In this document: in pieces, positions 10,202 through 20,100 of the stretch
Numbering within the stretch: the stretch's first letter is position 1
How the letters are laid out: the number at the start of each line of letters is the position of its first letter
NCBI GenBank assembly: GCA_016927565.1
Contig: JAFGMK010000006.1
Coordinates: forward strand, 37,942 to 101,941
DNA: 64,000 nucleotides
Reading direction: 5' to 3'
Source of the DNA: Minisyncoccota bacterium
GTDB taxonomy: Bacteria > Patescibacteriota > Microgenomatia > PFEM01 > JAFGMK01
Translations under genes and position numbers: made by a program
The notes under the pieces: model-generated
What the model saw: only the letters and a program-made list of their open reading frames with translations
Databases searched by the model: none
What the model was told of the DNA's origin: nothing

Positions 10202-11536
10202 ATGCCTAAATCAGTTCTGGCAATTTTTTATCAGGATTACTGGCGAGATGAAGCAATCAGTCTTCTGATTGCTTCCAAGAATCTGAAAGAATTCTTTCCT
10301 TTTGCTGCCAAAGATATTCATCCGCCACTTTACTACCTTTTACTTCACTTTTGGATTAAGTTATTTAGCGAATCCGAGTTTGCAACACGAAGTCTTTCCC
10401 TTATCTGCCATCTTTTATTAGTCTTTTTTTCCTACCAAATATTAAAACACCTTTTAAAAAATCGTTTAATCTCACTCTGGATTACTCCATCAATCTTGCT
10501 AAACCCCTTTTTAATCAAGTATGCCGCTGAAGCCAGAGCCTATTCTCTCTTTGGTTTCTTGGTTATTGCCGCTATCTTTTTTTATCTCAAGAAGCGTTTT
10601 TTTCTAAGTTCGTTTTTTTGGGCTTTGACAATCATCACTCACAATATCAGCCTTCTTTACCTGACATCCTTGGCTATTTTTTGGTTCTGGCAAAACAAGA
10701 AGCGTTTCCGGAAAAAGATCCGTCAGTTTACTCTTATATTTGGCCTCCCTATTTTAGTTTTCCTACTCCGGATCAAGTTTATCTGGTCCCAATCTGCACG
10801 AATTGGGCAGAGGTTTTGGATCAAACCGGCTCCTTTCCCAATTTTTCTAACTGCTTTCAAGGCTTTTTTCCAAGGTCAACTATACAGCCCCAAAACCAGG
10901 ATGTTAAACTATAGATTGGCCCTAGCCCTGATTTTAATCAGCTTTTTTTATTGGATTATTAAAAGAATTTATCCTCAGAAAACCAGGAAAAGCCCTGATC
11001 AGCAAAGTCTAATTTTAGTTTTCCTATCCTTTGCTCCTCTTGTCTTAATTGAAAGTATTTCTCTTATCTGGATCCCTCTTTATCATGAAAAGGTGGTCAT
11101 TCCCAGTCTTCCCCTTTTTATTATCTGGATTGCCTGCGCTCTCTTAAAGTTAGGAAAGATCAGCAGAAGCCTTAAGCTTTCCCTTGTCTTCCTGGCTCTA
11201 ATTTATAATTTTACTTTGGCTTTTGGAGCCAAAGAAACTCTAGCCGCTACCTCCAAACCCCCAATTAGACAGGCTGTTAATCAAATTCTTTTAAAGGCAA
11301 AAGAAACAGACATTATTATCCCTGAGTCGCCGCTCAATTTTCCCGAAACTAAGTATTACCTTAATAAGTCGGCCAAAAAACTACCAGTGCTTGCTTTCTT
11401 TAAAGAACCAGAAGAGTCCTTCCATGTTTATTATATTTGGATCGAGCCAGAGGAAAGAATTTATAAATATCCCCAAGATCAAAATGTCTGGATTATTACC
11501 CTTGACGGGAAATATTTCTTAAGAGGCAATCAGTAA
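10202..11536 (+). CDS. GT-C (family 39-like) membrane glycosyltransferase
   Basis: WRDE, DIHPPLYY, SEFATRSLS, EARAY motifs; multi-TM. Confidence 0.85.
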   Translation: MPKSVLAIFYQDYWRDEAISLLIASKNLKEFFPFAAKDIHPPLYYLLLHFWIKLFSESEFATRSLSLICHLLLVFFSYQILKHLLKNRLISLWITPSILLNPFLIKYAAEARAYSLFGFLVIAAIFFYLKKRFFLSSFFWALTIITHNISLLYLTSLAIFWFWQNKKRFRKKIRQFTLIFGLPILVFLLRIKFIWSQSARIGQRFWIKPAPFPIFLTAFKAFFQGQLYSPKTRMLNYRLALALILISFFYWIIKRIYPQKTRKSPDQQSLILVFLSFAPLVLIESISLIWIPLYHEKVVIPSLPLFIIWIACALLKLGKISRSLKLSLVFLALIYNFTLAFGAKETLAATSKPPIRQAVNQILLKAKETDIIIPESPLNFPETKYYLNKSAKKLPVLAFFKEPEESFHVYYIWIEPEERIYKYPQDQNVWIITLDGKYFLRGNQ

Positions 11537-11538
11537 CT

Positions 11539-11868
11539 CTATCCCCCATATCTCTTTAAAAGCCCCGGGTGATCGGCTTGCATTTTTTTGTAAATCGTTA
11601 AGGCCAGAAATAAAGACTCCTGGATGAATTTTTCTGACGCCCCAACTTCTTTAATGTTTTGGGTAATCCTTTTAATATCCGGCTGATTCTCGAGATTTGC
11701 GATGTTTCGGGTCCGGACCAAGACATCGACCGCCTGCCAAGCCAGCTGTCTTAATCTTAGACGCTCCATTTCGGTTTTATCACCGCAATGTTTTTCGATC
11801 AGCTCGTCAATTGGCCTTCTTAGCCTGGCCATAATTTCCTGGTCAGTTTCCTGTTTTAATTGGTTCAT
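11539..11868 (-). CDS. Hypothetical protein
   Basis: 109-aa ORF; TAGAAT 8 nt upstream of the ATG. Confidence 0.6.
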   Translation of the reverse strand: MNQLKQETDQEIMARLRRPIDELIEKHCGDKTEMERLRLRQLAWQAVDVLVRTRNIANLENQPDIKRITQNIKEVGASEKFIQESLFLALTIYKKMQADHPGLLKRYGG

Positions 11869-11941
11869 TAAATCCTATTCTACTACAGCCTTAGAATTCT
11901 TTTCCATCTCCCGCAGCAAAAAATAACTTTAATGCCTTTAA

Positions 11942-11974
11942 CGATCCGGGATCATTTTTAAGTAGACGATCCGG
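11942..11974 (-). repeat. Degenerate copy of the GATCCCGGATC palindromic element
   Basis: gatccgggatc-atttttaa-gtagacgatccgg aligns to the reverse strand of the element core. Confidence 0.45.
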
Positions 11975-11994
11975 TAAAAATATCTGGGAAATCG

Positions 11995-13524
11995 TTAGTA
12001 AAACTGATCTTTAGGTCTATATTGAAGCGCCTCAGCCAAATGGATAATTTTAATCTTTCCTTCCCCGGCCAAATCAGCAATGGTGCGGGCAATTTTAATG
12101 GTTTTAAAGTACGCCCGGGCAGAGAGATTCATTTGAGAAACAGCCTGACGAAGGAGACTAAGACAGTCTTTATCCAAGAGACAATGTTTTTTAATATCTT
12201 TGTTTTTCATTTCCGAGTTGGCTTTAATCTTTGTCTTTTTAAATCTTTGCCCCTGCTGATCCCGAGCAACCTGAACTCTTTTTTGAACGCTTTTTGAAGA
12301 TTCACTAATGACATTATCGCTGGTTAATTTTTCCACCGAAACAGCGGGCACTTGGACATGAAGGTCAATCCGGTCGAGGATCGGGCCGGAGATCTTTTTT
12401 TGGTAGCGGATAATCTGACCGGGCAAACACTTACATTCTTTTTTATCACTTCCAAGCCAACCGCAGGGGCAGGGATTCGAAGCGGCAATCAAAATAAACT
12501 CAGCCGGATAAGTAACTGTCCCTGCCGCTCGAGAAATGGTTACCCGACCATCCTCCATGGGTTGTCTCAGAGATTCCAAAACCGACCGGGGGAATTCCGG
12601 AAATTCGTCCAGAAACAGAACCCCCCGATGAGCCAAAGAAACCTCTCCCGGCCGGGGCCGGGCACCACCGCCGATTATTCCAACCTGGGAAACCGTGTGA
12701 TGAGGTGAACGAAAAGGACGGTTTTTAACAATTGCACTTTTCTCGGGTAAATTACCGGTAATCGAGTAAATTTTAGTTATCTCTAAAGCCTCTTCTTCGG
12801 TTAAATCAGGCAGAATTCCCGGCAAAGACCGGGCTAACATTGTTTTCCCGGAACCCGGTAAACCTTTTAGAAAAAGGTTGTGGCCTCCAGCGGCTGAGAT
12901 TTCCAGAGCTCTTTTGGCAAACTCTTGGCCCTTGATTTCTGAGAGGTCAAATTCGGCCTGAGGATCAGAAACCAAGGAAGAAAAGTCGGTTTTGGGAAAG
13001 GGCTTAACTTTTTTAAAACCGGAAAAATGACTAAAAAGCTTAACTAGATTAGGAATCGGGTAAACCTTAAGTCCGCCAACAACAGCGGCTTCAGAAGCAT
13101 CAACTTGGGGTAAAAAAACTTTTTTTAGCTTTTTCTTCTTGGCCAAAAGTGCTAAGGGCAAGACGCCGTTAGTGTGTCTTAAGGAGCCGTCGAGAGAGAG
13201 TTCGCCTAAAAAGAAGGTTTCTTTTAAGTTGGCGGCCATCTGGCCAGAGGCAATTAGGATTCCCACTGCCAAGGGTAGGTCATAAGCCGGGCCTTCTTTG
13301 GGCAGATTGGCGGGAGCCAAATTGATTGTAACCCGGTGGTCGGGAAACTTAGCTCCGGAGTTTCTAATAGCCGTAAAAACTCTTTCCTTGGCTTCTTCGA
13401 TGGCTTTGTTGGGCAGACCAACAATTTTAAATGAGGGAAAGCCTTTGGAGGAGACATCAACCTCAACCTCAACCAAAACCCCATCCAAACCAACGGTGGC
13501 GCCGGAAAAAACTTTGGCAAGCAT
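11995..13524 (-). CDS. comM: ComM/YifB Mg-chelatase-like AAA+ ATPase
   Basis: INLAPANLPKEG..YDLP, GELSLDG, AAGGHN, GLPGSGKT, RPFRSPHH, PGEVSLAHRGVLFLDE, NPCPCG, DRID, SAR...ARTIADL. Confidence 0.97.
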   Translation of the reverse strand: MLAKVFSGATVGLDGVLVEVEVDVSSKGFPSFKIVGLPNKAIEEAKERVFTAIRNSGAKFPDHRVTINLAPANLPKEGPAYDLPLAVGILIASGQMAANLKETFFLGELSLDGSLRHTNGVLPLALLAKKKKLKKVFLPQVDASEAAVVGGLKVYPIPNLVKLFSHFSGFKKVKPFPKTDFSSLVSDPQAEFDLSEIKGQEFAKRALEISAAGGHNLFLKGLPGSGKTMLARSLPGILPDLTEEEALEITKIYSITGNLPEKSAIVKNRPFRSPHHTVSQVGIIGGGARPRPGEVSLAHRGVLFLDEFPEFPRSVLESLRQPMEDGRVTISRAAGTVTYPAEFILIAASNPCPCGWLGSDKKECKCLPGQIIRYQKKISGPILDRIDLHVQVPAVSVEKLTSDNVISESSKSVQKRVQVARDQQGQRFKKTKIKANSEMKNKDIKKHCLLDKDCLSLLRQAVSQMNLSARAYFKTIKIARTIADLAGEGKIKIIHLAEALQYRPKDQFY

Positions 13525-13561
13525 TAGTTTTTATGATAGCAAAAGGAGCTGTGAAGGGCAA
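13465..13561 (-). repeat. comM promoter + first 20 codons, copy 1 (part of the intact gene)
   Basis: TTGCCC-17-TATCAT (extended TG), ATG 8 nt later, MLAKVFSGATVGLDGVLVEV. Confidence 0.9.
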
Positions 13562-13603
13562 AGCCTCAAGGGTTTAAAGCTAAAACATCTGAACGGGATT
13601 GAT

Positions 13604-14224
13604 TCATTTAAGAACATATCTTTCTATCTGAGAAACTACTAGCTCAGGTGTTAAACGAGTGGTGTCAATTGTCTCTGAATGAAAGTGTTTCCTGCCTATT
13701 TCGACAATTACTGCCTCCATAGCCATAAATCTTTCAGGCGCAGCAACAATCATTAAATCTCTCTCTGTGACTAGATCTGTTCTATCTTTACGCCTTTGCT
13801 CAAGCCGCTGCAGCCTTGCTTCTAGACTAGCAGTTAAAATAAACGAGTGATCAAAGAGGGGGTGTTGCGGCAACATATCAACTAGAACCTCGGGAATTCT
13901 TGGCGTTCCAGATACCGTGTGGAAAGCTAACGATCTTAAAATTATTGTCGAGTCCTGAATTGTATTAACTTCGGGCCATGTAAACATTTCCAAATCTGCC
14001 ATTAAAGCAACCGCATATAGGTTTCCTAAAATTTCTGGACTGAAGGAATCACTTCTACCAATCGAATCGGCTAATAATCGGATTATGTTTTCTTCTTGGC
14101 AAATACTTTTTCTTTGGACTATCCAGGGAGCTGATTGTCGGGAGGCAAAACTATTAGCTATTAAAGATTTACCAGCAAGATCCATTCCATCTAAATGGAT
14201 GAATTTAGCTCTTTCGGAATTCAT
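13604..14224 (-). CDS. Thymidylate-kinase-like P-loop nucleotide kinase
   Basis: FIHLDGMDLAGKS P-loop, LTASLEARLQRL lid, IDTT; the usual DR motif is replaced by DS. Confidence 0.7.
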   Translation of the reverse strand: MNSERAKFIHLDGMDLAGKSLIANSFASRQSAPWIVQRKSICQEENIIRLLADSIGRSDSFSPEILGNLYAVALMADLEMFTWPEVNTIQDSTIILRSLAFHTVSGTPRIPEVLVDMLPQHPLFDHSFILTASLEARLQRLEQRRKDRTDLVTERDLMIVAAPERFMAMEAVIVEIGRKHFHSETIDTTRLTPELVVSQIERYVLK

Positions 14225-14609
14225 TTAAGAAAACTTTGGTTTGGGGCACAATTTTTGAGGGCAACTTATTAAGAGAAAACCAGCGAACCTCCACTGTCTT
14301 ATCTAATGGCTTCGGGTTTCCGCTTAGATAATAAGATCTAAATCTTAGGTATATTTTTGCCTTTTTTTGATTAACTTCGGAAGATACTAGAAAATGATTC
14401 TTGATTCGAATATTGGTTTCCTCTAAAACTTCACGCGCCAAGCCGGAAGTTATTGTCTTATCCTTAAGCTCTATTTTCCCTCCGGGAATAACCCAAAAAC
14501 CAGGAAAAGTATCTTCATCTTGGCCACGCTTAACAAGTAAGACCTGGTCATCCTTAAAAATAGCGGTTGAAACATTAATTACAAATTGGGTGGCTTTTTT
14601 GTTTTTCAT
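14205..14609 (-). CDS. NUDIX hydrolase
   Basis: WVIPGGKIE...LAREVLEETNI Nudix box. Confidence 0.9.
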   Translation of the reverse strand: MKNKKATQFVINVSTAIFKDDQVLLVKRGQDEDTFPGFWVIPGGKIELKDKTITSGLAREVLEETNIRIKNHFLVSSEVNQKKAKIYLRFRSYYLSGNPKPLDKTVEVRWFSLNKLPSKIVPQTKVFLNEFRKS

Positions 14610-14807
14610 CGGTGAAAATTATAATTTATTCAAAGGCAAGGTTACAGTCATTATTTTCAAAATTTCCCTTAAAGTAAACTATTTTATTTAATTAACTAAT
14701 TTATTTGTTTTTAAAACTGTATCATTAGCAATGTCCTAATGCTATTTATTACTTAGGCAATGTGTAAATAAGCTGCCCGTTATGATGCCTCTTGCTATAA
14801 TACATCC

Positions 14808-15368
14808 ATGGGTTATAAACGAATAAACTTCATTCTTGAAAAGAGCTTATATGCCCAGCTCAAGAAGCGCGCCGCAAAACAAGGTGTCCCAATTTCAAAA
14901 ACAGTTACTACTTGGATACAGAATTCCAATATTAACTCCGCTAAGATATCTCAACAGAAAATCACCGGAAGATTAACTACCTACAATTTCTGGGTTGATA
15001 AAGAAACCTATAAATTCCTAAAACAAATTTCGGGTGTAAAAAATGCTCAAATAAGCACCATTTTAAGATCATTAATATTTAACAATCTCAATCAAATAAA
15101 AGGCAGAAATGCCTGCGAAATTATTAAAATTAAAGCCGATAGATTATGGCTTGGCGGCCAGTTAATGCCCTTAAAAAAATATCTTTACTCCAACCTGGAT
15201 AGTCTAGATACTGACTCTCGACTTATACTTGCCCGGGTCTACTTAGAGCTGGGGATGTTTGACGAAGCGAAGCGCATAGGACGAGATGTGGCTAATAAGA
15301 AAAATAATCAGATTAACTCCATTAAGGCAAACACCATCCGGAGCAAATCCGAAGCTCTGCTTTATTAA
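14808..15368 (+). CDS. Putative regulator: two ribbon-helix-helix-like repeats plus TPR-like helices
   Basis: KRINFILEKSLYAQLKKRAAKQGVPIS and TTYNFWVDKETYKFLKQIS...IS; LARVYLELGMFDEA; TGCTATAAT 6 nt before ATG. Confidence 0.55.
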   Translation: MGYKRINFILEKSLYAQLKKRAAKQGVPISKTVTTWIQNSNINSAKISQQKITGRLTTYNFWVDKETYKFLKQISGVKNAQISTILRSLIFNNLNQIKGRNACEIIKIKADRLWLGGQLMPLKKYLYSNLDSLDTDSRLILARVYLELGMFDEAKRIGRDVANKKNNQINSIKANTIRSKSEALLY

Positions 15369-15409
15369 CTTTGGAAAACAAGAAAATTAGCCCAATGGCA
15401 ATATGATTT

Positions 15410-16039
15410 TTATTTTTTCATGCCTAGGAGCCGGTCCTTATCGATAGCGGCGTCATTTTCCATTAATTCACTCCACCACCACTCATTGGGATTGCTTTCT
15501 TTCATCAGGTAAACAATTTTTTTGGCAGAAGCAGTATTCATAGCCGGAACACGATCGTTAAAGTCAGACTCAAACCATTTTTGGGCCAGTTTATGTCCTT
15601 GCCACATCATTACCCACTCGGTGTAGATCTGGGTCAGGCTGTCGGCGTCTTTGACAATCTTGGCAATTCTGGTTTCTTGTCTTTCATACTCATCAAAAAG
15701 GGATTTGATGTTTTGGCCAAATTTGATACCTTCGACCTGTTTAGTTAAGGCTTTGTTTTCATCGATTTTGACATAATGCTTGGCGATAAAACCGATTTCG
15801 CCGGTCCTGGCTTCAACCAGATCATGGAAAAGAGCCATGGAAACACACTTGAGGCCGTCTTTATGGGATAAACCCTCCATCTGGGATAAAACATAAGCAA
15901 TAACACTACATTGATAGGAATGAGAAGCAACCGTATCAAAGGCATTACCCAGATGATACTGATGTGATCTTGGCATCAGCATTAAAAGACCCGATTGCTG
16001 AATCAAATGGAAAATTTTGGTTATCTCACTCTTAGTCAT
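15410..16039 (-). CDS. HD-domain phosphohydrolase (YfbR/HDDC2 5'-deoxynucleotidase-like)
   Basis: VASHSY, ALFHDLVEARTG, EYE, IVKDADSL. Confidence 0.85.
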   Translation of the reverse strand: MTKSEITKIFHLIQQSGLLMLMPRSHQYHLGNAFDTVASHSYQCSVIAYVLSQMEGLSHKDGLKCVSMALFHDLVEARTGEIGFIAKHYVKIDENKALTKQVEGIKFGQNIKSLFDEYERQETRIAKIVKDADSLTQIYTEWVMMWQGHKLAQKWFESDFNDRVPAMNTASAKKIVYLMKESNPNEWWWSELMENDAAIDKDRLLGMKK

Positions 16040-16055
16040 AAGGTGAAATATACTA

Positions 16056-16270
16056 TATCACAAAAATAACTCCTGATATTCCCTTTCTAATTTTCTCCAA
16101 ACTTTGCTGTTTTGGTTCTTTATCTTGGAAATCTTTTTTTTAATTTCAAAGTGGCAGGTTAAATTGTGATCATAACCTCAACCAAAACCCCATCCAAACC
16201 AACAGTGGCGCCGGAAAAAACCTTTGAAAGCATTTGAGGTTATGATAGCAAAATAGAGGGAGCAGAGCAA
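16056..16270 (-). repeat. comM promoter + first 20 codons, copy 2, plus 115-bp conserved arm
   Basis: 16174-16233 encodes MLSKVFSGATVGLDGVLVEV then MITI-stop; TTGCTC-17-TATCAT; arm 16056-16170 aligns to 21345-21459. Confidence 0.9.
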
Positions 16271-16306
16271 AGACTTGGAGGTGTAAATTTGACTTTTGAT
16301 TTTAGA

Positions 16307-16561
16307 CTAATAAATGATTGGGTTTCCTTCTGGGTCGTAAGTTAGAAATGGCCATTCAGTGCCAAGATGGCTTAATTCTTCCACTTCTCGGACAGGGTAT
16401 TGCCTATCACCCACCGTGATCCGGCCCTCTTCTAGACAACCTCCCTCGGCTAGGCTGGTAGCCTGACCAGCACTAAGAACAACCCCTTGAGGAGACCAGC
16501 CTCTTCGCAGGTCTTCTTGGAGCTTTTCACGAACTTGAGCACATGTTAATCGTTCGCACAT
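16307..16561 (-). CDS. Hypothetical protein
   Basis: 84-aa ORF with AT-rich upstream region; no motif. Confidence 0.5.
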   Translation of the reverse strand: MCERLTCAQVREKLQEDLRRGWSPQGVVLSAGQATSLAEGGCLEEGRITVGDRQYPVREVEELSHLGTEWPFLTYDPEGNPIIY

Positions 16562-16647
16562 GATTAATTTATTAAGTAAATTAGTTGAAATAACAGTAAT
16601 ACTATTTTAAACTAGTTTTACTATAACTAAATAATTTTTCAGCTGAA

Positions 16648-17187
16648 ATGGAGTATAACACAGAAATAGCCTTTAGCAAAGACTTATGGGGTGAAATCGT
16701 TGAGGTTGAGTTTTGCCCCCAAGAAACACTTCCTTCTGAGGAGGAACTTCCTTTAACTGCAGTTTCTTGCATTGCTGTTACCGATGATAATAGAAGGGTT
16801 GTTTTGGCTAAAGTGCCCCGAGGTTGTGATCTGCCGGGTGGCCATATTGAAAGCGGCGAGAAGCCGGAGGACGCTCTAGCCCGTGAGCTAGAGGAAGAGA
16901 CCGGAGCTCGGTTTCAGGATAAACCGCACCTTATTGGGATTCGGAGAATGACTAAGAAGGCTGAGACTGTTCGAGTTCAACAATATCCGTTGGTAAGCGG
17001 GATTGCGGTATACATAGGAAGAGTAGTGTTGGATAAAAGCTTTGTTCCTCAGAAAGAATCATCGGAGAGAATTTTGGTCGATGTTCAAGAGATTGATCAG
17101 ATTCATCACCACTGGAGCCGGCAAGAGCAGGAGATTTTTGCTTATGCTAAAGAACGCTACCCTGATTACTTTCCCGACAAAATTTAA
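16648..17187 (+). CDS. NUDIX hydrolase
   Basis: DLPGGHIESGEKPEDALARELEEETG canonical Nudix box. Confidence 0.9.
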   Translation: MEYNTEIAFSKDLWGEIVEVEFCPQETLPSEEELPLTAVSCIAVTDDNRRVVLAKVPRGCDLPGGHIESGEKPEDALARELEEETGARFQDKPHLIGIRRMTKKAETVRVQQYPLVSGIAVYIGRVVLDKSFVPQKESSERILVDVQEIDQIHHHWSRQEQEIFAYAKERYPDYFPDKI

Positions 17188-20100
17188 AGGCTGAATTTTT
17201 CTTTAATTATTGCAGCTGCTTTTTTGGCTCCTTCTAGACTTATTCGGGGTGATATCTCCGACATACGAGCAGCGTAGGTCGCTTGATCAGTAAGAGCTTG
17301 CTGAATCCCAGCATCAAGCCGGTCATTGTCTAGTCTGGAAAGAGGCAGGTTTTGGCCTAAGCCATGCTGTTCAACCAAAGCAGCATTATATTGCTGATCA
17401 GCGTTGGTAGTAATGGTAATAATCCCCCCCCTGCCCCTTTTCATAAAGGGATAAAGAGTACCGCTTCCACCCTGGCAGAGCAAGACATCGGCGTGGCTGG
17501 CGAGTTCAGGAAGATTGGCAAATTTTACGGGAACAAAGTTTTCCGGCAAATCAGCTGGTAATTCGGCATCGGCAGTAGTAACCATTATCATTGCCTCCGG
17601 TCTTTTTTGGGCAACTGCAAATAAGGCTTGATAAAGTTTGGGCTCTTTAATGCTCCCAAAACTACCAAAAATGATTTTTTTACCTTCTAATTTAGCCTGA
17701 GCAAGCTTAGCAACCGCTTCTTTGGTTGCCCCTTCGTCAACATACTGATTAATAATGGTTTCTGGCTGAATTGAACCGACGTAAGCCACCTCATTACCAT
17801 TGACCAGCTCTCGAAGCCGGGGGTCAAGATTAAAATCAGGGCCGACTCCCTGATTGACGAAAGCTTCATTATCGGCAATTATGGTCAGATCGGCAGCTTC
17901 CATATGTTGAAACCAGCTTGGATTATCGGTAGGCGGCTCGCCGATGTATTGTCTATGCGCTTCTTGATAAACCTGACGCAACTTAGGATCAAGCGGACGG
18001 TAGTACTTATCAGCCAATCTTTCTGCCTCAGGACCAAGTTTATGAATAAACGCCTCGGAGGTAAAACCAACATTGCTAAGATTGGTGATTGACACCGTGG
18101 GAACACCAGCCATTTTAGCAGCCATTAAAAGAGGGACATTATGATCTGAAAGAACAAATGGTGGCGGATTTTCTTCCAAGCGCTGGGCAATACGGACAAC
18201 ATTCCCGGCCATTTCTTTAACACTAAATTCTCCTTTGATTAAATGACCAGGATGGTAAAAATAATCATCAGATCTCTCAACTGTTACAGGCTTGCCTGGA
18301 GTTTCAAATCCCCGGCCAAGGTCAAAGACTTGCCGGCCACTTTCAGACCCACACATATTAGTTGGCACTCCGGCTCGGGCAAGTTCTAAAGCGACCTCAA
18401 GAGGTCGACCAGTATGAGCTGATACTCCAGGCAGATAACCCACCTCAACTGGCCTTGCCTGGCTTTTTTGTTCGCTAGCGATTGGGACTTCCGGATCTTC
18501 TTTTTCTTTTTTAGCCTGACTAAGCCTTTTCTCCTCGGCTCCCAACTCGTAGGCTGCATCAACTAAACTTGGCCAGACTTGATAGGTCCTAAGATAGCGC
18601 CGAACCCCCTTGCGGACTGACCGAATCTCTTTTGGCAAGGGCTGATTTTCGAGATCTTTCTCAACAGCTTCAATTGCTCCCTCAGGAAAGGCGTGAAGAA
18701 AACTTTCTAACTCATCAATAACCTGATCAGGCTCCGCAGAATCTATTTGCCTGGCAAATTCTACTTGTGCATCCAACAAACCTCTGAGTCTTTTTATTTC
18801 TTCAAGTTTTGCATGATTGGCCTCAAATGTTCGGATCGAAGCTTGGAGAGACTTGTCATCAGCAGGGGCAATTCCTAAAGCCTGCTTGGCTTCATTTTGA
18901 AGGCTAGGGCTACCATCAATAGCTTTAGAAATTTTGAATTGTTCCCTGGCGTAATTGTTGCTAAAAGCACCAACCATTTCGGCACCAAAAGCATCACCAC
19001 CACCCTGACGGGCAGCTCGCTGGTGCATTAGAGGCCTTTCTCGGCGGATAACCCGATTTGGATCAGCTGCGGTAGCTGCTTGAGCTCGAATAGCGCCGCT
19101 AAGATTATAGTCAAATATGCCCCCTAATGGAGTCGGGATTCCCTTAATCGCCTCACCTGAAAAAGTAATATTACCAAGATCAAGCTTACTGGCTTCTTGC
19201 CAATCTAAACCTTCTTTAAAATGGCGTTCCTCAGTCCACAGGGCGGCAATTGGCTGGCGGCGGACAGCCGCTTCAAGTATTTGAGGGAGCAATCGGTAGG
19301 CTTCGCTGGTTGACACCTGACGGAAGGCACCAGTTTCAGGATCAAAAATATTATAAGTACTAAAAGCGCCGCTATTTCTTTCAGTCATAATCTGAGTGGT
19401 TAGTTCCAGAGTATCCTTTACTAAAGAAATGGGGTTGCCGGTATGGCCAGTGTATCGGCCAATAGTGACTTGAGTTTCTGGATCTTCAAACCAGGCCGCT
19501 CTTTCAGCCAAGATATCGTGCTGATCTGTTCTTATAGTTCCTTCTTCGGTTCTAGTAAGAGTCCGATAGCGCTGATCGTCTTCATTAATGGTGATCGTTG
19601 TTTCCTTCAAGGGAACTCCTCGTTTACCAGCCTCATACGCCGCTGCTAAATAGCCAAAATTCTGAGTGCCGGCAATGCCTCCAAGCTCAGCTAAGGGATC
19701 AGCAAATTCAAAACTTTCTAAGTCCTCTCGAAGTGGCGCCTGAAGTCGGTCTTTTAATAAAGCCCGACTAAGCCAAAATTGATATCTTCTCTGTTTTTCG
19801 GTAAGGTCAGGATCTGCTTTTAGTTCTTGGGCAACTTTTTGGGCAAGTCTTTGAGCGAACCCAGTATTTTCCCTAACTCGGTAATAGCCGACTTGATATT
19901 TTTTAGCAACTTTGGCGATCTGTCTGGCAGCTTCATCATCCCAAGAATCATCAATAATAAAAACACCCACCTCACCTTGGTAAGCACTTTTTTGTCTAGA
20001 CTCAGCAAAATCTTCCAAAAATCGGTCAATTAATTCCGGGTTTTGTAAAGACTTGATACCAACCATTTGGAGCTTAGTCTCCCGAGGCTCTTCCTCCATT

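Noticed and set aside
16150-16173. Arm start reading ITI-NLP, resembling comM VTINLAP (internal deletion remnant)
   Set aside because: The match needs a frameshift and is too short to distinguish from chance
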